From Nitrososphaeria archaeon (GTDB lineage: Archaea > Thermoproteota > Nitrososphaeria > JACIWG01), in assembly GCA_029776065.1 (NCBI GenBank), contig JARVJP010000009.1:196514-260513 (forward strand): a stretch of 64,000 nt of DNA, written 5' to 3'. The stretch's first letter is position 1. The number at the start of each line of letters is the position of its first letter. The notes beneath the pieces were generated by a model. It saw only the letters and a list, made by a program, of their open reading frames with translations, had not been told where the DNA came from and made no database searches. A program made the position numbers and the translations under genes. Below are positions 48,355 to 58,227 of this stretch, in pieces.

Positions 48355-48984
48355 TTATGTGTAAATCAATGAAATGTACTGTCTTAAACTCGGTTGATTG
48401 TTTTCTATTTCTTTTATAAATTTGTTAAATTTAAAAGCATGAGTAATTCTGAAGATAGCAAGTTTCCTATTAAGTTTCTTTTCTAATTCTTCATCACGAT
48501 TTGATATAATTTTAAATCTGTCATAGACAACAAGCATCTTGCTCAGTTTTAGATATATATCCCTCCTAACAGAATAAATTCTATTAAGAAACTGGTTCCT
48601 ATACTGTTCGTTATCTAATAATTTAGCCAATTCCATGTCGCCCCTTATTGGAGGTGGTATCTCGTTGTCATAAAATCTCTTTATTGAGTCGAAATGGAAA
48701 TTAAAGACATTTTTTGTCTCATTAAGATAACTTATTGAAAATTTAAAAATGAGAAAAAGCCAATACTTTTCTGGTGCGTCACATTTGTCAAGGAATTCCT
48801 CTGATATCACCCTCTCATAAGTCAATAAAAGTTTATCTGGATCTTTTTGGAAATCTTCTAATAATTCTTCCAAGTTTTTTTGCACCGCCATCCAAAGCTT
48901 AGGTCTTTTTAAAACAAACTTTTTGTAAAGATCTATATGCAAGCCTTTTTCTTCAAACTCATTTTTTCGGTCCTTCTTAGACAT
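48355..48984 (-). CDS. Hypothetical protein
   Basis: 209-aa ORF with no recognisable motif. Lies between tRNA-Ala and the element boundary repeat. Confidence 0.35.
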   Translation of the reverse strand: MSKKDRKNEFEEKGLHIDLYKKFVLKRPKLWMAVQKNLEELLEDFQKDPDKLLLTYERVISEEFLDKCDAPEKYWLFLIFKFSISYLNETKNVFNFHFDSIKRFYDNEIPPPIRGDMELAKLLDNEQYRNQFLNRIYSVRRDIYLKLSKMLVVYDRFKIISNRDEELEKKLNRKLAIFRITHAFKFNKFIKEIENNQPSLRQYISLIYT

Positions 48985-49182
48985 TTACAATACTTATAAA
49001 TCATCTATATTTATATTTGAACGAATAAGATAAATTCTCCTTCCTTTAAGATTTTATTCAACGAATTTATTGGAAGCAATGCGTTTAGGGACGTGCCATT
49101 TTTATTTGAAATTATAAATTTATTTATCCTTACCACTAAATCTATACAGTATAAAAAGATGATAAAAATTATTTAAGAAAAA

Positions 49183-49197
49183 TGGGGCTAGTGGGAC
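49183..49197 (+). repeat. 15-bp direct repeat tggggctagtgggac (attR-like; copy of the tRNA-Trp 3' end)
   Basis: Exact 15-nt match to 59561-59575, which is the 3'-terminal 15 nt of tRNA-Trp. Confidence 0.7.
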
Positions 49198-49390
49198 CTA
49201 TACCAAAAAGGGTTCAAGTACGCTTTTCAGCTCTGAGATCTTTTATTAGACATCATCTAGCTATCTTTGATAACCCTTACAAGCACGAGAACTTTTATCA
49301 CTATCCTTTATTCTAATGTTTATTTTGATCGTGGTACTTAAAAGGTTTTTAAGTATGTTTGAAATAGAAATATAAAGGTGGAAAATAGAA

Positions 49391-50815
49391 GTGTTTTACG
49401 GTGGTGAAGTGTTTTACGGTGGTCAGCAAAAAACGCTTATTGGTGCAACAAATCCAGAGGAGGAATATATAGAACTAATTACTAAAGACTACAGTTTTCA
49501 GGAGGCTTTTGATGCTCTAGATAGAATAGACTGGGATTTTAAAGATTTTACAACCCAATATCTTACACATACATTCCATTCATACCCTGCTAGGTTCATA
49601 CCTCAAATACCTCTAACATTCATTAAACTATTCACAAAGGAGAAAGAAATTGTTCTAGACCCTATGTGTGGAAGTGGAACTACATTAGTGGAAGCCTTTT
49701 TGAACAATAGACATTCAATTGGTAATGACCTTAATCCACTTGCAACTTTAATAACTAAAGTAAAGACTACTTTGATCAGTGAAGATGAGTTCAGATATTT
49801 AGATAAAAGATTATCAGTTATGAAACATTACTTAGACCTAGATTACGGAAGGATTAATGAAAGAATTAATAATTTACCAAGTAGAAAAATAAGCAAGATA
49901 TTTAACAGAGTTATAATCTCAAAATTAGAAAGTATTCGTGAAACTTTGTTAGAAATTAGAGAAGAAGGATACAACGATTTATTTGATTTTGGAAGAGTTG
50001 CTTTATCTTCAGCTATCTGGTCATTAGTGGAAAATGGTGGAGGAATAGACATCGATATGATTTTCCTAAAAAAGGTAAAATCTATGCAGAATGAGATTAT
50101 GGAAATGAATAGGATTATTAAAGTCATTCCAACAGTAAAAGTGATTTGCGGAGATTCAAGGAAATTAGATGTAGACACTAATTTAACAGATTTAATAATA
50201 ACGTCTCCTCCTTATGTAAACGCTCTTGATTATTATAGAGTTCATATGTACAACATGCTTTGGCTCGGCATGGACTTTGACTTGTTTAGAAAACACGAAA
50301 TAGGAGGACATTCCCATTTTATTAATAATAGGTTTAGACTACTTTCAGAATATTTGGGCGACATGTTACGTTCGTTGATTGAGATGAATAGAGTTTTGAA
50401 AAAAAATAAATTGTGCGTAATCGTTGTCGGAAATTCAAGCTTAGAATACGAATTGATTGAAAGTCATAAGTTTTTTGCAGAAATGGGTGAAAAAATAGGA
50501 TTTAAGCCATTAAGAACAATTTTTAGAAATATTGACATAACAAAGAAATATTCAAGCACAGACATAGGAAAAATTAATGATGAATACATCCTTATTATGC
50601 AAAAAATAAATGATGCCCAGGTTACTGCGAAAAATGACAATTTTATTTCCGATATTGTAAGAGAAGAAATGATAAAATTTAGAGAACGAATAAAGGAACA
50701 TCAGGGTACTTCTATTAAAGGTAGGAAACCAACTAGAGAAAGATTATTGAAGAACGTCGATAAAATCAACGAAGCCATAGAAAAAATACCTGAAGACACA
50801 AGAATAAAGGAGTAA
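49391..50815 (+). CDS. DNA methyltransferase (N4-cytosine / N6-adenine amino-MTase family; SPPY motif)
   Basis: Motif X/I …FHSYPARFIPQIP…VLDPMCGSGTTLVEA…. Motif IV …IITSPPYVNALDYY…. Confidence 0.75.
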   Translation: MFYGGEVFYGGQQKTLIGATNPEEEYIELITKDYSFQEAFDALDRIDWDFKDFTTQYLTHTFHSYPARFIPQIPLTFIKLFTKEKEIVLDPMCGSGTTLVEAFLNNRHSIGNDLNPLATLITKVKTTLISEDEFRYLDKRLSVMKHYLDLDYGRINERINNLPSRKISKIFNRVIISKLESIRETLLEIREEGYNDLFDFGRVALSSAIWSLVENGGGIDIDMIFLKKVKSMQNEIMEMNRIIKVIPTVKVICGDSRKLDVDTNLTDLIITSPPYVNALDYYRVHMYNMLWLGMDFDLFRKHEIGGHSHFINNRFRLLSEYLGDMLRSLIEMNRVLKKNKLCVIVVGNSSLEYELIESHKFFAEMGEKIGFKPLRTIFRNIDITKKYSSTDIGKINDEYILIMQKINDAQVTAKNDNFISDIVREEMIKFRERIKEHQGTSIKGRKPTRERLLKNVDKINEAIEKIPEDTRIKE

Positions 50816-50821
50816 AACGTA

Positions 50822-51796
50822 ATGAAAGAATTTATTGGTAAAATAATATATTCAATTCTTAAAGGTCAAGACTATAGAACCTATGTTCTTGCGATAATAA
50901 ACAAAAGATTTGTCGATAAAACCCAAGAGTTAATTTCTGAAATCTATGAATATAAACAAAAAGGTGATAATTGGTTTGAAAAACTCTTGGATGACACCTT
51001 TAAAAAGAGGGGGAAGGAGAATAAATTTAGGCTTCTCTGGTTTGGTGGTTTAAACGATAAGACTGTAAAAAACATGACTGGAGGGACATCAGAAAAAGAA
51101 GTGTGTCTCGATTTAGGTAAGAAAAATATGAAGGCTTTAAGACTTTTGTTAGAAGAAGCAGAGCGCCGTGAGAACAATTTCAGTATTAGAATAATAATTA
51201 AAAAAGATCAAAATCAAATCGAATTAGATCATGTTGAAAGTCTATTTTTTATTAATATTATTTCAGCGATGAAATTAACAATTCAAGGAGGAGCTTGGAG
51301 TGAGGTAGGTAAACAAACTGAAAAGTGTCTACTTTTTGTTATATTTAATTTATTGGAAATTCCAAAAGAACACTATATTTTAACAACTGATGAGATGAAG
51401 AAAAAAGGGTTAATTGGGAATAGAGAAATTGATGCATTAGTTTTTACTAAAAACAAAGAGCCTTTAACCATTGAGTTAAAACTACTTGGAATAGGAAACC
51501 CAGAAATAGGCGATGAAGCGCTTGCTAGGAAAGTGAATTTATTCCTTATAGATAGACTCACAGACATGATGAAAAAAGAATCTGAAAAAATAGGAGTCAA
51601 GGTGATCGAGTTCAGACAAGAAAATTCATTAATGGAAATATTCAATTTTTTCAAGTTAAAAAATGTAGACTGTAAACTACCAGAGCAACTTACATCAAAA
51701 AAATTAGAAAGTCGAATAAACGAAATAATAATGGAATGGGGAGAAGAATCAGAAGATTTGAAAGTTATTAAGAAATTAAGAGACTGGACAAAATGA
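50822..51796 (+). CDS. Putative restriction endonuclease partner of the MTase (PD-(D/E)xK-like)
   Basis: Starts 7 nt after the MTase stop. Contains …EIDALVFTKNKEPLTIELKLLG… (D…ExK spacing compatible with a PD-(D/E)xK core). Confidence 0.4.
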   Translation: MKEFIGKIIYSILKGQDYRTYVLAIINKRFVDKTQELISEIYEYKQKGDNWFEKLLDDTFKKRGKENKFRLLWFGGLNDKTVKNMTGGTSEKEVCLDLGKKNMKALRLLLEEAERRENNFSIRIIIKKDQNQIELDHVESLFFINIISAMKLTIQGGAWSEVGKQTEKCLLFVIFNLLEIPKEHYILTTDEMKKKGLIGNREIDALVFTKNKEPLTIELKLLGIGNPEIGDEALARKVNLFLIDRLTDMMKKESEKIGVKVIEFRQENSLMEIFNFFKLKNVDCKLPEQLTSKKLESRINEIIMEWGEESEDLKVIKKLRDWTK

Positions 51797-52440
51797 TATT
51801 AACAAAGAGCTTTTTGCATAGATCAATTCCTAATTCAGGATACCAACATTTGCGAATTCTAATATCATTTTTTCCATAGCTTTTTTAAGTTCTGAGAACG
51901 CGGAATCTAACTGGCCATTCTTATTCTTTAAGAAATCCTCGTATGGATAGACCCAACAAACATCGTTCTTCATAAAAAGACTCTCAAGAGCAGTTTCTAG
52001 ATTGTTGTAGAGGGCCGTAGACTTTTTCTATTAAATTAATATTATTTTTAAAATTCTTAAGCTTAAATATAGAGAACATCAGTTTTATAGGTAAAATTAT
52101 TGGTAGCTACAAACTACTTTAGGAAATGAGATCAAAAGAATAAATGGCTCAACCACGGCATGGCTACTAAGCTTTAAAACACCCCAACAATATTTCTTTA
52201 TTATATACTTGTTCTAAAAATATAGGTTTTGACCAAAAAATGCTACTTATATTTAAACTTTTCGGTTGTTGGTTTAACTTAATAGAATAAGTTCAACCGA
52301 CATGAGAGCAAAGAGGTGAAAGTTCTTTTGTTGGAGTCAAATTTTGCTCCTTAACATCTTCCTATTATCCTTTTTAACTATTTTCTAATTTTTGGAAATT
52401 GTTTATATGCTACATACGACTTAACTTGTCATGGTATTGA

Positions 52441-52923
52441 ATGACTGATAACATGTTGTTGGGGCAAGCTGGAGTATATTTTGTAGCAGGTGAACTATCG
52501 AGACGAGGTTATATCGCATTAGTCACTACAAGGAATACAAAATCATACGATATATTGGCATATAATCCAGCCGCAAAAAGAAACTTGCAGTTGCAGATCA
52601 AAAGCACAAAGCAAAGACACAAAGACAGTGATAATGACGACTATATAGTATTAACAACCAATCAAGATGCTTTAGAAGAAAAACTACAAAGCATTGAAAG
52701 TTATCATGTGTTTGTCTACTTTCCTAAAGGAGGCCATCCAAGATATTTTGTTACTCCACCAAAAGAGCTACAAGATATCGTTAGGGAAGCTTGGAATGAC
52801 TACATAGAACATACAAAACATAGAAAGGGAATAGAGGATATTAAGAAGGCACAAAATCCTATAGGACCATGGATTGGGCAATTAAAGAAGTACGAAAATA
52901 GGTGGGACTTATTAGAAACCTGA
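52441..52923 (+). CDS. PD-(D/E)xK-fold nuclease-like protein (YraN/Hjc-like motif arrangement)
   Basis: …GQAGVYFVAGELSRRGYIALV…YDILAYN…LQLQIKS… (G-x-x-G-E…D…Q-x-K pattern). Confidence 0.4.
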   Translation: MTDNMLLGQAGVYFVAGELSRRGYIALVTTRNTKSYDILAYNPAAKRNLQLQIKSTKQRHKDSDNDDYIVLTTNQDALEEKLQSIESYHVFVYFPKGGHPRYFVTPPKELQDIVREAWNDYIEHTKHRKGIEDIKKAQNPIGPWIGQLKKYENRWDLLET

Positions 52924-53049
52924 CAAATTTTGTCCTTGGATTTGATTATGGACTGCTGAATATGACTTTCTTAAAGAATGAATTGCATTGTTTCATCCAA
53001 GATTTTGATCCCCCTTCATAAGACTGTGAATGTGCCAAAAAATAATATT

Positions 53050-54090
53050 TCAACTTCTGTATCTCGTTCCACCCCCAATTCCTTCACAAACCTTGTCACT
53101 ATCATTTGATAATGTCAATTTCATATTTTCTTCGAGATGTTTTAGAATGGATTCTTCACTTCTTTCAGGAAACAATTCATTAAGGTATTCTAGGTAATCA
53201 CCAAAGCCTAATGTGTAAAGTAAAACTGTTTTAGGAATTTTACTTCTACGTTTGAGATACTTGTTATATAATCTTACGTTTCGCTTCGAACAAAGGAATT
53301 TTTTTACTTCTGATAAACTTCCGAACTCTCCTTGTTCTAAACCCTCTGCTTCTGTTTTTATGCTAACAATGCTTTTTATGAGTATTCTAAATTTTCTTGC
53401 GGCCTCAATGAAGATCATCTCTCGAGGTATCGCTATGTTGTGATATCGTCTCATGAGGTCTATATGGGTTGAATGAAGAACGAGTTGGTACATTTGCCTC
53501 AATTTCTCATTATTCTTTATTATATATGCGGAACGATTGTATTTGAATAGCTGACGCTTGTAATCCTTAATTAATTTTCGTTCCTTTTCCCTAAAGGATA
53601 ATAGAACTTGAATTTCGCACATTCTGAGAAGAAAACCCACTACTCTAGTAAAAGCTAGATTGGGGTATTTGTTATTTTTCATTAATTCTAATTTATATTT
53701 TTTGAACATCGTCCTTATATCAAAATCCTCCCGTTTTGAAACAACTATAAGCCATCTTGGTGATGGAGATATTTCAGGATTTTCATCTTGTTTGAATTGC
53801 CCTGCTTCTATTCTACCAATGATTCTTTCTACTACTTCACTAAAGAAACTTTCTAAGTCTTTATAAAAGATGATTTTAGCACTCAACGGAAGTGCAAAAT
53901 ATCTTCTTGTTTTTATATCTCTCATTATTAGATTCTTATTCTGCAGACGTTTTAGACCCTCAGACAAGACATCAGTTGAAAGCCCTGTTCTATTTAACAA
54001 TTCTTTGAACCTCAACGGTTCTTTGGCGGCAAAAAGCTCTTCTAGTATCTTCTTCTCACTGCCAATAATTAACTTTTTTTTAGTTGGCAT
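53050..54090 (-). CDS. Hypothetical protein with N-terminal winged helix (element cargo)
   Basis: The internal Met (MPTKKKLIIGSEKKILEELF…LKRLQNKNLIMRDIKTRRYFALP) is preferred. The ORF-track start at 54228 adds 46 poorly coding residues. Confidence 0.4.
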   Translation of the reverse strand: MPTKKKLIIGSEKKILEELFAAKEPLRFKELLNRTGLSTDVLSEGLKRLQNKNLIMRDIKTRRYFALPLSAKIIFYKDLESFFSEVVERIIGRIEAGQFKQDENPEISPSPRWLIVVSKREDFDIRTMFKKYKLELMKNNKYPNLAFTRVVGFLLRMCEIQVLLSFREKERKLIKDYKRQLFKYNRSAYIIKNNEKLRQMYQLVLHSTHIDLMRRYHNIAIPREMIFIEAARKFRILIKSIVSIKTEAEGLEQGEFGSLSEVKKFLCSKRNVRLYNKYLKRRSKIPKTVLLYTLGFGDYLEYLNELFPERSEESILKHLEENMKLTLSNDSDKVCEGIGGGTRYRS

Positions 54091-54416
54091 TATCCAAGTA
54101 ACTTGGAAAATCGCATATAAACTTTGTATCCTTTGTCGCCTTGGAGACAGGTGAAACCTGATGCAATTAGACACTATTCTTAAAGAAGGAAAAAACATGG
54201 CATGCATAGATTTATGTTGTTCTTGCATGTTGCAAAGGATAAGGGATGTTACTACTGAGTTTTATCTTATAGAACGCTCTCATGTAAAAAATCATAATTT
54301 GTATTATGATATCAAACTACATGTTCCGTATATTATATTATGTATTATGATATCAAAATATAATAATAAGATATCAAGATATCAAACTGCATATTTTTCT
54401 TTAGGTTGTTTGGAAG

Positions 54417-54998
54417 GTGGTCTATCCTTTGGTTAAGAAGCCTGTTTTTGTTAGGATAGACCAAGAACTGTTAAAAAAGATGAGAGCAGAAGCTTTTAGG
54501 CAATATGGTAAGCTTAAAGGTTTAGCTTTAGTCTTTGAAGATGCTTTTAGAATGTATTTGGCCTCTAGGCCTGCAACATACACCGACATCATGATCCTTA
54601 CAAAAAGCACGAAAAAGAAGATCGACTATTTGATAGCCTTTTTAAAAGACCCAGAAAAAGCGCAAGTGCAATATAAGCTAGATGAGCTTAAAGAATTGAT
54701 AGGTTCACTCTTGCAAGTTGAAGATGAGAGAACCAAAATCAAATACTTAAAAAGCTTAGTAGCACAAAAGATCTTAGAAATTCACCCAGGAAACGAATAT
54801 ATAATAACCAACAAAGTCTATCCTCTACCCCAAGAAAGCCAATATTACTTGGACTCATTAAAGAAAAATGTCGACCAGCATCCCATTGTCTCCAAGAGCA
54901 CTTCTTTAGCCAAAGAACCTATCATAGAAGAGTTTAGACCTGCGTTCGACATGTTGGCAAAACAACTATCTAAGGAGGCAGGAGACCATAATGGCTAA
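54417..54998 (+). CDS. Ribbon-helix-helix (CopG/Arc-like) domain protein with unknown C-terminal extension
   Basis: N-terminus …KKPVFVRIDQELLKKMRAEAFRQYGKLKGLALVFEDAFRMYL… has the RHH beta-alpha-alpha pattern. Confidence 0.45.
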   Translation: MVYPLVKKPVFVRIDQELLKKMRAEAFRQYGKLKGLALVFEDAFRMYLASRPATYTDIMILTKSTKKKIDYLIAFLKDPEKAQVQYKLDELKELIGSLLQVEDERTKIKYLKSLVAQKILEIHPGNEYIITNKVYPLPQESQYYLDSLKKNVDQHPIVSKSTSLAKEPIIEEFRPAFDMLAKQLSKEAGDHNG

Positions 54999-55164
54999 GA
55001 CTGTTGATATTTCCGAATTGAAGAAGTTCGTCATAGAAAACATGCCCAGAGACTCTAAACTAAGAGAGCTAATATTATGTGAAAAGGATACTATGACGGT
55101 GGAGGACTTCTTATCCAAGTCAGACCTATGGTTCAAACTGCTCAAGATAGAATTCTCTAAATAA
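54991..55164 (+). CDS. Small hypothetical protein (57 aa)
   Basis: ATG overlaps the upstream stop (ATGGCTAA). Strong TAAGGAGGCAGGAG Shine-Dalgarno upstream. Below the ORF-track size cut-off. Confidence 0.35.
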   Translation: MAKTVDISELKKFVIENMPRDSKLRELILCEKDTMTVEDFLSKSDLWFKLLKIEFSK

Positions 55165-55215
55165 AGATTATTATAACCTTAAGTTACAATAAGATTCTAG
55201 AGTTGCCATTCACTA

Positions 55216-55792
55216 ATGCAGAAGCCCTATTTTTTCAAAGCTTTTATAAACTCGCAGGGCAATAATCACATTATGCCGTTTGGTAGAAATTGGAGTGAAG
55301 AGTTAGTTGCTGAATGGCTTTCACTTGACGGGTATCTTGTTGAAATAGGTCTACCAGTTGGTTCAGGAACTTCAGGTGGTAGAAAAGAAGCTGATGTTAT
55401 TGGAGCAAAGGTAATAAACAACAATCTGGAAATTATGCATGTAGAAGTAGGTTTTTTTACCTCTAAATCTCTATGCAAATTTTGAAATGATATGCAACAA
55501 GTTTAATCAAGACACTACTAATTTTATTAGAAACCATTTTAGTAAACAAATGGGTATGAATGCTTCTAATTCGACCTATAAAAAGTATTATGTCGGTATT
55601 TATTGCCCCAGTAAGCAGATTGAGCAATTAAGGCAGAAATTGGAAGATAAAGGAATAGTACTTCTAATGTTACCTGATCTTTTAGATATAATAGTAAGAA
55701 AACTCTCGAATTCATCAGCAGGCACATCACCAGAAGGCCTTTGGCTCATAAAAATGTTGGAAAACATGATATGGTGGAGGGCCATCAAATAG
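55216..55792 (+). CDS. Nuclease-like protein apparently split into two adjacent ORFs (55216-55485 and 55487-55792)
   Basis: The first ORF (…WSEELVAEWLSLDGYLVEIGLPVG…GGRKEADVIGAKV…) looks like a PD-(D/E)xK/Hjc-like N-terminal half. The second continues in a different frame after a stop. Confidence 0.3.
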
Positions 55793-56107
55793 AGACCAGT
55801 TTACTATTCCTTATTAGAGTAATATTATCTATGAATAATTAGTTCGATGTTCTGTTCAGTTTCACCTTTGAGCTTCCTCTTTAAGCTTCCTTTCGAACTC
55901 TTTCCCCAACTCTTTTTACCTTTTTTCAATCCGTGGAAATTGTAATGCGAACTAGCCCTAGGTCAAAAATCATTTTAAAGGAAGCAGCAACCACCACTTT
56001 ATGTGCTATATTGCAATCTAGTACATCGCTCTTTGTGAACCATTCTGGGTCGCTTTATAAATTGTGTAGAGATTTACCTTCATCAAATAAGGGATGAAAT
56101 TTTCTTC

Positions 56108-56323
56108 TTACAAGTTCCTAATGTATAGACCTATAACAATAAATGTACTAATAATTATGATAACTAAAGCTACATCAGCAAAAATTACCAGTAGGTCTCG
56201 TAAACCTGGTAGTAATATATTCAGTAGTTCCCCAATTGGTCTTCCTATGATCCAAATCAGCGAAAGTGAGAAGAAGATAGCTACAGAAAGCCCACTTAAA
56301 ACTATTTGGACAAGTTCAACCAT
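56108..56323 (-). CDS. Small hypothetical membrane protein (2 TM)
   Basis: 71 aa and hydrophobic. Immediately downstream of the 118-aa membrane ORF on the same strand. Confidence 0.35.
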   Translation of the reverse strand: MVELVQIVLSGLSVAIFFSLSLIWIIGRPIGELLNILLPGLRDLLVIFADVALVIIIISTFIVIGLYIRNL

Positions 56324-56329
56324 CCTACT

Positions 56330-56686
56330 TCACCATTCACTTCCTTGTTCTAAAAGAAGTTGCTTTTGTTCTATTCGGACAGTTGATGCATTATTTGCCT
56401 TAGCCACCTGCAATGCTTTCTCAACCAAGCTTACTGGAAGATCAAGATATAATAGACGTTCTTTATCTTGTGTTTCCTCTTGCTGGCTAATTTGTGAACC
56501 TACTATCCTGTAAGACCAAAGTAAAGTACCGACAACCATGGCGGGGTAAAATATCACAAGACCTAAAGCGAAAGCAATACCAGTAGAATACATTCCGATT
56601 GGATTAAAACCAAATAGCTTGCCTATGGGATCAGCTAACCAAACTGAAACCAAGATTAATGTACAGAAGAAATTTTTGAAGACCAC
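56330..56686 (-). CDS. Hypothetical membrane protein
   Basis: 118 aa. Three hydrophobic segments then a charged tail. Confidence 0.4.
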   Translation of the reverse strand: MVFKNFFCTLILVSVWLADPIGKLFGFNPIGMYSTGIAFALGLVIFYPAMVVGTLLWSYRIVGSQISQQEETQDKERLLYLDLPVSLVEKALQVAKANNASTVRIEQKQLLLEQGSEW

Positions 56687-56698
56687 AGAATGCCCAAA

Positions 56699-57751
56699 TT
56701 ATGCGTTTATGGCATCCAGTAAGTTATTGAAGGCTTTAATGAACAGGTCTATTTCATTATCTGTCAAGTCTCCTTCACGAGTACTTATAGCTGGCTGTTT
56801 TAGCCTGTCATATTTGCTTTCTAAGTCACTGACTTTTATTATTTCTTCCCTGAATCTGTCGAGAGCTTCTCTTGGCACTTCTTTTCTTGGCTCCATAAAA
56901 TTCTTTAGAATCACTAAACCGTTAGGCCATAGTGTTAGGGGACAGAACCTTCCCTTTCCTGTTACCACATAATAACAGAACGCCTGTGGTCTAGCCTTCC
57001 ACTCGTGTTTCTTTTCTGCAGCAAGCTGTTTCAGACGCTGGAAAAGTATTCTTCCAGGTGTATCGCACTTTTTCAAGAACGCTTCCTCGCTTATTGGCGC
57101 TATTTTTTCCATATCCTCCCTTCCTTCATCTTTCTTTTCAGGTGGGGCAAATGATGGTGTTCCCCTTATCATGTAAGCTATTCTACCATCTTCTATATTC
57201 ATATATTTCTCAACTATTAATGATATTACTTCGTACCCTAATGTGGTTATCCAAGTTCTAAAGTCAGACGGCTCGCTATCTATAGGAATCACTATCTTCG
57301 GCTTATCCTCTAAAATTCTTTCCACAACCTCATAAAGTCTAAGCTCGGGCATCCCATCTTCTATCAACTTCCTCTTCAAAGCCTCTTTTTTCTCAATCAA
57401 GTCTAAAGTGGTTCGCTTAATTTTTTGCTTAGTATCCTTGTTTTCAATAGCCACTATCTGCTTACTAACTTGTGATGCTATATGACTCCATAACCCATGT
57501 TCTGCAAGCTCTACTTCTACTATATACCAGCATTTGCTTGAAAAATCTATAACAATTGCTTCTGGAACTGTACCATAACCGCCTGAAGTTTGAATGATCT
57601 TTTGCGGAATATAAACAATGTCCTTGTTGAATATAGTTTCATGATGACTGTTGATTAGGGATTCTAGTTCCTGTTCGTCATCAAACTCTTTTTTTACAAA
57701 AACCTTTGAATCCACTATAATCTTCATATCAAGAAAACTACGTGACACCAT
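56699..57751 (-). CDS. Hypothetical protein (element cargo; possible nuclease-like N-terminal core)
   Basis: 350 aa. …AIVIDFSSKCWYIVEVELAEH… is reminiscent of a PD-(D/E)xK/DUF-type core, but the assignment is weak. Confidence 0.3.
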   Translation of the reverse strand: MVSRSFLDMKIIVDSKVFVKKEFDDEQELESLINSHHETIFNKDIVYIPQKIIQTSGGYGTVPEAIVIDFSSKCWYIVEVELAEHGLWSHIASQVSKQIVAIENKDTKQKIKRTTLDLIEKKEALKRKLIEDGMPELRLYEVVERILEDKPKIVIPIDSEPSDFRTWITTLGYEVISLIVEKYMNIEDGRIAYMIRGTPSFAPPEKKDEGREDMEKIAPISEEAFLKKCDTPGRILFQRLKQLAAEKKHEWKARPQAFCYYVVTGKGRFCPLTLWPNGLVILKNFMEPRKEVPREALDRFREEIIKVSDLESKYDRLKQPAISTREGDLTDNEIDLFIKAFNNLLDAINA

Positions 57752-58227
57752 ATAATAAATATTGTTCTATAAACTCGTTAGGGTCATATTTTACAAAACT
57801 TTTTTAGGTTTTAGAGGAGTTTCCTATCTTCAATAGTTTGAGCTGGTTTTTGCTTATTAGACAAGTTTAACCATTTCCTTGAACGAATGGGGATAGAATC
57901 GCATAGGGTACTGTATAGATTTTATTCTAAGGTTTATGACAACATAGGAGGAGTAGATTTCTACCCTTTTGATTATCTCGGTCGCCCACCTGACGTTGTA
58001 TCATAAGCTCTCCCTTCCTCTTGTCTATGATAAATCCAGCTCTATTTCCCAAGTTAGTTCAAAACAAACTTTCTAATAAACAGACGATCATAAGATTTGA
58101 TGATAGTAAAGTATAGAAATTGGTAAGGATTTCTTGAGAATAATTAAACAAGAGAGAAGTAATAATATCTACAGTAAAGTGTTTAAACTGCTTACGTAAC
58201 TAAAGGGTTGTGGGCATCTTTCAATTT

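Noticed and set aside
51835-51978. 47-codon minus-strand ORF (MKNDVCWVYPYEDFLKNKNGQLDSAFSELKKAMEKMILEFANVGILN) in the gap after the restriction-enzyme candidate
   Set aside because: Too short and without a motif to call. Could be a small regulatory protein of the element but is unsupported.
56094-56513. 139-aa plus-strand ORF
   Set aside because: Antisense to two consecutive minus-strand membrane-protein ORFs (56108-56323, 56330-56686) that have far more protein-like hydrophobic periodicity. The plus-strand translation is Ser/Thr/Ile-rich noise.
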